Source: an uncultured archaeon (GTDB lineage: Archaea; Asgardarchaeota; Lokiarchaeia; Sigyniarchaeales; SOKP01). From it: 19,298 nucleotides of DNA. The notes below the pieces were generated by a model. That model made no database searches, was not told the DNA's origin, and saw only the letters and a list, made by a program, of their open reading frames with translations. The stretch lies in the NCBI GenBank assembly GCA_964632315.1, contig CAZWEM010000059.1:1-19298 (forward strand). The letters run 5' to 3'. A program made the position numbers and the translations under genes. This document shows positions 8,743 to 16,325 of the stretch, piece after piece. Positions within the stretch are counted from its first letter, which is position 1, and the number at the start of each line of letters is the position of its first letter.

Positions 8743-8873
8743 AGCCCGGTAGTGTAGTGGCCAAGCATTTGGGACTCTGAAAAATCTCACATTGTTAGAT
8801 TTAGGGAAATCCCGAGACCACGGTTCGAAAAATGAGCAAATTCTTAGCTTGTTCGAAATTCCGTGCCGGGCTA
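8743..8873 (+). tRNA. tRNA-Gln (anticodon CTG) with two BHB introns (8781-8808 at 37/38; 8830-8859 at 59/60)
   Basis: Acceptor AGCCCGG/CCGGGCT with the A1-U72 pair typical of archaeal tRNA-Gln; anticodon CTG at 8777-8779. Removing both introns gives a 73-nt cloverleaf with T-loop TTCGAAT. Both exon-intron junctions form bulge(3)-helix(4)-bulge(3) motifs. Confidence 0.95.
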
Positions 8874-8897
8874 TTACATTTCCTATTATGATTTTTA

Positions 8898-9248
8898 TTA
8901 TCCGGTTCTTTTTATTACATGATATCCATATTGAGACTTAACAGGTTTGGAAATCTCATTAATTCTAAGTTTGGTACAAGCAGTCCAAAATTCGGGGACC
9001 ATGTCATTTTTAGTAAATTCTCCCAAATTTCCTCCTCTTTTTTTACTTGAACAAGTAGAATATTGGCGTGCCATATTTTCAAAATTCTCCCCGGCAATAA
9101 TATCCTCATAAATTTCTTGAGCTTTACTGAACCTTTCAACCAAGATATGACTTGCTTTTATCTTCCCACTCTTTATTGCTGCCCCTCCTTGCTTATCAGA
9201 TGTTGATGGTTTCTTTTGATACCCTTTTCCATATCTATTTTTTCCCAT
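8898..9248 (-). CDS. Parvulin-type peptidyl-prolyl cis-trans isomerase with basic N-terminal extension
   Basis: 116 aa. IKASHILV, FENMARQYSTCSSKKRGGNLGEF, MVPEF and PVKSQYGYHVIK are the rotamase signature. Confidence 0.95.
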   Translation of the reverse strand: MGKNRYGKGYQKKPSTSDKQGGAAIKSGKIKASHILVERFSKAQEIYEDIIAGENFENMARQYSTCSSKKRGGNLGEFTKNDMVPEFWTACTKLRINEISKPVKSQYGYHVIKRTG

Positions 9249-9274
9249 ATTAATACCTTTAAGTTTTAATTTTT

Positions 9275-10417
9275 TTATTCAATTCCTTTTTCTTTTCTTC
9301 TTAATTCCGCTTTTTTATCCATAATCTTTAAATATAGTTGTGTTGTATCAAAGGGAGGTTTTTCCTCTGTTTTCTTCTTTTTTAACTTTATTGCTTGTTC
9401 AGGACATGTGTTTACGCAATTACCGCATCCAATACATAATCTTCTATTAATTTCTGCCAAATCTAAGTCAGTTAATGAAATCGCTTCCATTTGGCACCTT
9501 TCTAAACAACTCCCACATCCAACACATTTATTATCTTCAATTACAGCAAAATAATTAGAATGAATCATATCCAATGGGCGATCTAACTTTTTTATATTAG
9601 TTAGCATATCACAACAATCACCACAGCAACAACAAATAAAATTAGGATTTATAGCATTTCCTGGTTGGATAATGAATCCTGCTTGCTTGACTTTTTCAAA
9701 TATTTCATATGCGTCCTGTTTTGTTATCTCCCGACCTTTTTCATTATCAATAATATGCTGAACAGAACTGTTAAGCACAAAACAAACTTCTCTTAAATCA
9801 GAGAACTTACATGGTTTTCCAAGGAGATCTTTACCTTGACGACAAACACAATCTTGAACAGCTATTCTATCTGCTTTATCAATTAAGTTTTTTAACTCAT
9901 CATGAGAAGCTATATGGTGTTCTGGGGTAATACTCTCTTCAATGGGTATCGTACGTAATTGATTGATTTTTGTACTGGCTACCTCATCTCTAAAAACTTC
10001 ATCCATATATTGTTCAAAGTCGTTATAAAATTCAGGAGTCATTCGATGGAGCTGATATTCAAACATTCCTACAGCCAAAAAGGCATTATGATAATGAAAT
10101 ACTTCACTATCATCCTCTTTTATTCTTTTCACATTTATAGATCCCTTTTTATACATTCTCTTGAGAACCTTTTCTAATTGTTCAAGCGAAATCCCATATT
10201 TTTTAATTCTTCTATATATTTTTTTAGGAGATTCAGGAACTAGTCTCATATTTCTTCCAATTAATGCTTCTTCAGGAGTGAATAAAAATTTTAATAGTTT
10301 CAAATCTACTCCTGATTCCGTTGCTGGAAATCCTATGGGTAAAGTGTCAAGATGCATTTGTAATTTTCTATAGACATCTAGTCCAACATTAGAAATATAA
10401 ATTTCTTCTTCACTCAT
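9275..10417 (-). CDS. Cys-rich 4Fe-4S dicluster protein with N-terminal HTH-like region
   Basis: 380 aa. CVCR...C...C, ICCCCGDCC, and two ferredoxin motifs (CVGCGSCLERCQ, CIGCGNCVNTCP). Architecture recalled from anaerobic prokaryotes; function unknown. Confidence 0.85.
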   Translation of the reverse strand: MSEEEIYISNVGLDVYRKLQMHLDTLPIGFPATESGVDLKLLKFLFTPEEALIGRNMRLVPESPKKIYRRIKKYGISLEQLEKVLKRMYKKGSINVKRIKEDDSEVFHYHNAFLAVGMFEYQLHRMTPEFYNDFEQYMDEVFRDEVASTKINQLRTIPIEESITPEHHIASHDELKNLIDKADRIAVQDCVCRQGKDLLGKPCKFSDLREVCFVLNSSVQHIIDNEKGREITKQDAYEIFEKVKQAGFIIQPGNAINPNFICCCCGDCCDMLTNIKKLDRPLDMIHSNYFAVIEDNKCVGCGSCLERCQMEAISLTDLDLAEINRRLCIGCGNCVNTCPEQAIKLKKKKTEEKPPFDTTQLYLKIMDKKAELRRKEKGIE

Positions 10418-10486
10418 AATTGCTTTAACTAAATAATTATCAAATTAAAAATTAATTGAAATACCGCTAAATTTTCAAGAGAAATA

Positions 10487-10900
10487 TTAGTTTATGATTA
10501 AATACCTGAAATTTTTAATCTCTTCTACCCCATTCACTTCAACCACGAAATTTTGAAGTTCTTCGACTTTTGCCTCAATAATTAAAAATATTATGACGTT
10601 CTCGCCTTGAAAATGTTGATTTTTACTAATAATTTGCTCTTTATAATTATTTTCAATTTTGTTAATTTTTCTTTGGATTAATGGATCATTTTGAATAACG
10701 ATAATCACATTTCCAATAATCTTCTTATCTATGGGACTTAAATCTGCGAACGATTCAATGTTAGCTATATCCATTGTTGACATTAATCGTAAAAGTGCAT
10801 CTCTTATAATTTTAGATTTGTTATCATATTGGTTCTTGGAGATCAACTTATCTATAAACTCAAGAAGGTTTTTATTAATAGAAAAAGATACAATTGGCAA
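10487..10900 (-). CDS. NikR-like ribbon-helix-helix (CopG family) transcriptional regulator with C-terminal ACT-like domain
   Basis: 137 aa. MPIVSFSI...LLEFIDKLI...YDNKSKIIRDAL matches the NikR RHH pattern and the length fits RHH plus ACT. TTG start. Canonical Ni ligands are degenerate. Confidence 0.8.
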   Translation of the reverse strand: MPIVSFSINKNLLEFIDKLISKNQYDNKSKIIRDALLRLMSTMDIANIESFADLSPIDKKIIGNVIIVIQNDPLIQRKINKIENNYKEQIISKNQHFQGENVIIFLIIEAKVEELQNFVVEVNGVEEIKNFRYLIIN

Positions 10901-10973
10901 TATCTATCCCGAAGAATTTATTATTAATTATATTAATTCAATAGAATATTTATAAATGTTTTCTCTAACGAAA

Positions 10974-13373
10974 TTAGAGTTTTATTGATCGAGCAATAAC
11001 ATTTTTGAATTTTTCTACATCTTCTACTAATTTATCAGCATCCTCTTCGCTTATTTTATCATCTTTGCCATATTTATTCAATTGAGTGAGCCAAAATTCA
11101 ATACGCCCTAGTATCGCCTCGTTATCTCCCAATAATTTTCTTAGCCTAATAAATGTATCATGTAGCTTATTTCTAATATTCTGAGCTTTCCAACGAAGCA
11201 TGCAATAATCACTTACTTCTGCTAAATTTTGTGTAATTGCCATTACATCAATAGTTTTCGCTCTTTCTTCCGATTTGATTTTTCGAATAATATTTATTTC
11301 TTCAAATAACAATTCAATAACACGAGCAAGAAATCCCGTAAGTTGTCCTTGATTTGCTGTCCATATTCTAATTTCAAGGGATTGGGAAGACTCCGATACA
11401 TAAATTCTTATTATTATTCGTCCTCCTGTTACTTTTGCTTCACTACAGAACCAAGCTTCACTTTCGTACATTCCATTTGAATCAGTTCCCTCATGAGATG
11501 TAACGGCACTAGTATCAAAATTTTTCAAAGTACGTATTGCTGCCCGATATGCTAACCGTGGATCTAAATCGGCAACTAAAAATGCTCTGGCATCATTCGG
11601 AAGATCTTGAATTGCTATTTGAATATCTTCTATAGTTGCGAGGCAAGAAACAACTAAAGGACATTTGATCTGAACTTCCTTCTTTCTCACATTAATTGTA
11701 TGCTTTTTTCCCGTAGCATCCTTGTAAATAACAGTCCCTCCTACAATCGACTGGCCACATGTTTTAGGTTCTAAATAGAAATCGACCCCTCGACTGGCAT
11801 TGCTTTCGATAACAGGAACACTTATAAGAGGTTGCTTTACTTTGAAATTAGAGGGCGCATCTAAAATTACTTTGACATTATTGATTGCCATCTTGCTTTT
11901 ATTGCGAACAGCAATTTTCATGTGGACTTGTCCACCCTCAAAATCATAATCTCTAACTACTTCTATCTTCCCTTCATCAATAGGTTCGAGATGTTCTGGT
12001 TTTGATATATTGCTACTAGTTGACGTACTTGCTCTGGGAACACTATAGGCAACAAATAATCTTTTTTGCATATCGATATATCCATCAATATCTCCTTTTC
12101 CTATTAGTTGTGCCAAGTTCTCCTCAATGCTCGCTTCAGTTACACCCAATCGATTTGATAATTCCCTTAAGGGCATTGTTCTATATGCTCGGGCAAGTTC
12201 TTTAATTTTCGATTCAAGATAACTACTTGTCATGAATTCTCTTCTTTGAGTAAATAGACCCTTGATTGAACCAGATTTGATTAACTCATGAAGACTTTTT
12301 CTCGCTAATTCTATGGCAATTTTTAATTTTTGTGCTAATTTTGTTAATTCAAATAATCCTATATCTTTGGCAAATGCTTTAATTTCATTATATATTTGTC
12401 CAGCAGTTATGATTTGATTACCCCTATCTGCAAAAAAAGCATTAATTGCCCCAGTTCTCATTAAATTAACACAGAAAGATTTTGTCAATTCTGAAGGGAT
12501 TCCAAATATTTTAGCAAGTTCGTTAATAGAAATTCTTCCCTTCTCTTTTATTTCTTTTATGATATTGTCTAAAATGTATTGTTGCGTGTAATACAAATCT
12601 TTCTTTTGCGAAAAAGAACCCTTGATTTGATATTGATTAATTAATTTATAAATAACTCTAATCGCACTTTCAGTATTCATATCAAGCATAATAGATAAAT
12701 CTTTAACATTAACCCTCCCTCCATCTTGAATCTTGGATAAAATATTTTCCCGAGTCTCCGAAGAGATGTAATAAAATAATTGGTTTTTCTGATCAATTAT
12801 TCCATAAATTCGATCCTCTTCAATATATTCATTAATTAATTTAATCATCTGTTTGGCAGAAATATTAAATGAATTCATTATCGTTGAAAAGTTTGTTACA
12901 TGGGATCTTTTTAATAATTCGAGAAAGCAGTTTGGACAGATTTCTTTTCCTTCGATCTTTTTCAGACTTTTTCTGCATATATCCATCCTATAACCTTTAA
13001 TCAGATTATACTTAGTTGCCTCTCTTGCAAGTTGTTCTTTCGTTGGGAAGAATAAACCTGGAGTTTTTAAATAGGAATTCCATCCACAAGTCTCATCAGT
13101 ACATTGTAGATAATATTGCCCTGAAGATAAACGTTCTAAGCGTAATAAGGCGTCACACTCTGGGCATTTACTATTTTCAACAATAGTGCAACGAAAAAAT
13201 TTTTCAGCTGCACTAGCTTTGGAATATATTACATCATGCTTTTTACATTGCCATTCTTCTGTCGTCGCCATATGATTTATACAGAAACTGGATTTACATT
13301 TCTCACAAGTAAACACGATCCTTTGATTTTCACAGAATTTGCATGAATCTGCCATTATCTTAAAAACTCCCAA
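10974..13373 (-). CDS. Multidomain protein: nested Zn fingers + five tandem winged-helix (PCI/DDRGK/UFL1-like) repeats + Ig-like/platform appendage-like domain + helical tail
   Basis: 799 aa; the start may be the ATG at 13355, which is preceded by GGGAG. Cys/His clusters at aa 11-149; five ~60-aa repeats at aa ~150-443 (e.g. GRISINELAKIFGIP, LIGKGDIDGYIDMQKRLF); Ser/Thr linker; beta-rich region aa ~468-572; alpha/beta region aa ~575-700. Confidence 0.8.
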   Translation of the reverse strand: MGVFKIMADSCKFCENQRIVFTCEKCKSSFCINHMATTEEWQCKKHDVIYSKASAAEKFFRCTIVENSKCPECDALLRLERLSSGQYYLQCTDETCGWNSYLKTPGLFFPTKEQLAREATKYNLIKGYRMDICRKSLKKIEGKEICPNCFLELLKRSHVTNFSTIMNSFNISAKQMIKLINEYIEEDRIYGIIDQKNQLFYYISSETRENILSKIQDGGRVNVKDLSIMLDMNTESAIRVIYKLINQYQIKGSFSQKKDLYYTQQYILDNIIKEIKEKGRISINELAKIFGIPSELTKSFCVNLMRTGAINAFFADRGNQIITAGQIYNEIKAFAKDIGLFELTKLAQKLKIAIELARKSLHELIKSGSIKGLFTQRREFMTSSYLESKIKELARAYRTMPLRELSNRLGVTEASIEENLAQLIGKGDIDGYIDMQKRLFVAYSVPRASTSTSSNISKPEHLEPIDEGKIEVVRDYDFEGGQVHMKIAVRNKSKMAINNVKVILDAPSNFKVKQPLISVPVIESNASRGVDFYLEPKTCGQSIVGGTVIYKDATGKKHTINVRKKEVQIKCPLVVSCLATIEDIQIAIQDLPNDARAFLVADLDPRLAYRAAIRTLKNFDTSAVTSHEGTDSNGMYESEAWFCSEAKVTGGRIIIRIYVSESSQSLEIRIWTANQGQLTGFLARVIELLFEEINIIRKIKSEERAKTIDVMAITQNLAEVSDYCMLRWKAQNIRNKLHDTFIRLRKLLGDNEAILGRIEFWLTQLNKYGKDDKISEEDADKLVEDVEKFKNVIARSIKL

Positions 13374-13509
13374 ATAATTTCAAGTTAAAGTCTATAATAT
13401 ATAAAAAAATACGATATTAATAATATTTACATGGACCAATATTTAACTTCTTTAATGGTTACTAAATTTTTAATTTTTTTATTATCTAGAATCAAAGATT
13501 TCTGCTAAC

Positions 13510-14217
13510 TCAAACACTTTGAATTGGAAATACGGAAATTCTTAGTGAGGATAATATCATAACAAAGATATTAAAAAAAATGATTATTGAAATCATAAAA
13601 TAAAAAATCATTTTCTTCCTTCCTTCTTTTGGCTTTAATATATGGGATGTACCATATTTAGCTAAAGCTAAGGGAAATAATCCTATGAACGAACCTAGAG
13701 AAAAATAGAATACTACTAGAAATCCTTCTAGAAATCCATATCCAAGAGAATATTGTAAACATTGAGAATATATTATCAATTCAAAAATGCATGGCGCAAA
13801 ACCCACTAAGATTCCAAACAAATAAGGTGTTTTTTTACTTTCCCAATTCAATTTTACTATTTCCTTCGAGTATTTGGAATGTGGCATGTAATCTCTTTTA
13901 GATATGAAAACTAGCAAAAAAAGACCTACAAATGTGGACGTAAAAGCTCCAAAAAAATTGATTAAATAAGGATCAGTTATTAAATATGGAAATATTAGCT
14001 GAGGAACTAAACTGATTCCTATCGCTGCCCCAGCAATCAGTAAATTTGAGGAAATTATCCCTATCCCATAAAGTGCTAGTATACCTATACTTTTTTGAGG
14101 ATTTTTTGAGATCCCATAAGACCAGAAAAAGAATATTGCTTTATCCTCACATGGAATGGCGGTATGGAGAATGCCAAGTAAAAAAGCGGGTATGAAGATA
14201 ATGAAATATTCTTGCAT
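13510..14217 (-). CDS. Integral membrane protein, CcdA/DsbD-beta or RcnA/NicO-like (LysE-type superfamily)
   Basis: 235 aa with about six hydrophobic helices. Motifs LGILHTAIPCEDK (TM1) and GFAPCIFE (TM4). Confidence 0.65.
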   Translation of the reverse strand: MQEYFIIFIPAFLLGILHTAIPCEDKAIFFFWSYGISKNPQKSIGILALYGIGIISSNLLIAGAAIGISLVPQLIFPYLITDPYLINFFGAFTSTFVGLFLLVFISKRDYMPHSKYSKEIVKLNWESKKTPYLFGILVGFAPCIFELIIYSQCLQYSLGYGFLEGFLVVFYFSLGSFIGLFPLALAKYGTSHILKPKEGRKKMIFYFMISIIIFFNIFVMILSSLRISVFPIQSV

Positions 14218-14278
14218 TTTGGATGAACTTTTATCTAAATTTCAAGTTAATTTTAGGATGCTAATTATTTAACTTTAT

Positions 14279-15577
14279 TCATTCTAAATTGACACCTTTT
14301 TTGTTTTGAGAATCTCCATTATAACAGTATTTAAAGATTCCATATAAAATGATGAGTAGAAAGATTGTACCAACAAAATTAAAAGGAAAAAAATATTGTG
14401 TAATAATAAATAATACCGTAAAGAGAATATCGAAAAAGTTAAGAAAGAGAAAGCTGATCTTAACATACTTTTTAGTGATGATTGAAGTTCTTGATAAGTT
14501 AAATATTATAATAATTAAAAGAGGGAGAAGGATGAGCAGATGATGATTCCATGTATCAAAGTAAGAAAGAAACATTATTAAAATACCTAAAATGAAACCA
14601 TAAATAAGATTTTCTCTAGTGATTCTTCTCGTTCTTAGAATAATATAAAAAATGACACTCGTTATAGTAAAGAATCCAGAAACTATAATAAATAAGGGTA
14701 ATTGAATCATATTCAAACTATCTCCTCTAAATCCAAATACATAAAATAAATTTGAGACGATTTTCGTGATACTTATAGAATGATTTTGTAACTCTGTTTC
14801 TTTTCCAGTGAGATTTACGTTAATGAATCCCTCTAATAATGATGGAAAAGTCAAGAAAAAAATTAGATTAAGAGCTAAAGGTACGAGAGCTCCAGCTAAC
14901 CTTATTATTGATTGCTTGAACTTCAATTCGATTTTCTTAGAATGTTTATTGTATCTTATTAAAACAAGAAACGGGAATAAAAACAAGGTGATGGGTTTGA
15001 AAATAACACTAACACCCAGAATAAAACTAGCAATTAACTGCCACTTGGTATCCTCATACTTAAGAAAGAGATATAACGAGATAAGGATACATGCAGTAAC
15101 ATATAAGTTTATTTGTCCTAAAATGAAGTTGAATAATTGTGGTGTGCCCATTAAATACAAACTAATATATAATATGACTCGCTTATTCGATTTTTCATGG
15201 TCTTCTCCTTTAATGATTTGAATTACTTTAAATAAAACGATAGAAATAACCCCATTCAACATTAAATTAAATAAATTAAATACGATAAAGCCCAAGTCAA
15301 ATCCCAAATAATAAAATGGTACAAAGAAAAGTGCTGATATGGGAAAGTATCTAAAAGGCCATTTATATACAATTTGATATAAATTCGTTATATCTGTTAC
15401 AAACACTTTCCCTACTTTATAATATACTAGAAAATCATTAGAATCCCGAAAAAATACAGGAGTCAAAATGCAAGAAAATATGAAATAAAAGACTTGTAAT
15501 ATTATCGCATATCTAAAAAACTTGTTTTTCCAGGCCGATTTAAAATAATTTATCAGAGTTTTTATCATATTTATCAT
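14279..15577 (-). CDS. GT-C fold glycosyltransferase, family 87 (DUF2029/PimE-like), copy 2
   Basis: 432 aa polytopic protein. NDFLVYY in the first loop, FRYFPISALFFVPF, GQINL, FKP, WNHHLL. GAGGA lies just upstream of the start. Confidence 0.85.
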   Translation of the reverse strand: MINMIKTLINYFKSAWKNKFFRYAIILQVFYFIFSCILTPVFFRDSNDFLVYYKVGKVFVTDITNLYQIVYKWPFRYFPISALFFVPFYYLGFDLGFIVFNLFNLMLNGVISIVLFKVIQIIKGEDHEKSNKRVILYISLYLMGTPQLFNFILGQINLYVTACILISLYLFLKYEDTKWQLIASFILGVSVIFKPITLFLFPFLVLIRYNKHSKKIELKFKQSIIRLAGALVPLALNLIFFLTFPSLLEGFINVNLTGKETELQNHSISITKIVSNLFYVFGFRGDSLNMIQLPLFIIVSGFFTITSVIFYIILRTRRITRENLIYGFILGILIMFLSYFDTWNHHLLILLPLLIIIIFNLSRTSIITKKYVKISFLFLNFFDILFTVLFIITQYFFPFNFVGTIFLLIILYGIFKYCYNGDSQNKKGVNLE

Positions 15578-15587
15578 TATCCTCTTT

Positions 15588-16325
15588 TTATCTACGTGGC
15601 CTTAAATAGAATATATAAAATAAAATTGCTCCAATTAAAAATCCAAAAATTAAAATAACAATTGGGATTGCGTAAATTGGAATATATTCCAGTGAAATAT
15701 CCAACAAGACTACGTTTCCCTGAAGATAAATCTTAAAAATGCTTAAGAAACCATTCTCATTAAAGATTGCAATGACATTAATTGCCTGTGATGGATTATT
15801 ATTGGAGATGTAATCACTTTCCACGTCAATATAAATAGTGAATAACACTCGATCGTCAATATTATAAATCTGATTGAGATTTAATTTGCTCACGTATTCA
15901 CTCATCGGAAGAGGTAGCCATAGTTTAATGTAAGGGAAATTCTTGGAGAGATTGTAATTATTTGGATATTCGGATGGATTTGAATAATACCAATATGATT
16001 TCTGATTGGTAGTATTTGCCCAAGTATTTTCACTTTGCCACTTCCAATTATTTACGGTGAGATTTAACTTCCCCTCCTCTTTTTCAAGAGATATAATTTC
16101 CCATTTCATCTTTTTTCCTTGATCAATGTGCTCAAAAAAACCACTACTTGACCAGTTCATACCAAATATGGTATATAACTTCTCTGTATCGCAGATATTG
16201 CATCTCCAAACTAGTTCATTAGAAGGTTGGTGTCCAAAATTGTAAGAAAAAACAGATTTAATAGACATATTACAATATAATAAACTTAAGATTAGGATAG
16301 CAAAAAAAACACGTTTATATCTCAT
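15588..16325 (-). CDS. Secreted, C-terminally membrane-anchored cell-surface (glyco)protein
   Basis: 245 aa. Signal peptide (MRYKR plus hydrophobic core), sequons NWS/NLT/NTT/NLS, a CNIC motif, and C-terminal IPIY-TM-RPRR. A GAGGTGA Shine-Dalgarno sits 6 nt before the ATG, inside the upstream gene. Confidence 0.82.
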   Translation of the reverse strand: MRYKRVFFAILILSLLYCNMSIKSVFSYNFGHQPSNELVWRCNICDTEKLYTIFGMNWSSSGFFEHIDQGKKMKWEIISLEKEEGKLNLTVNNWKWQSENTWANTTNQKSYWYYSNPSEYPNNYNLSKNFPYIKLWLPLPMSEYVSKLNLNQIYNIDDRVLFTIYIDVESDYISNNNPSQAINVIAIFNENGFLSIFKIYLQGNVVLLDISLEYIPIYAIPIVILIFGFLIGAILFYIFYLRPRR

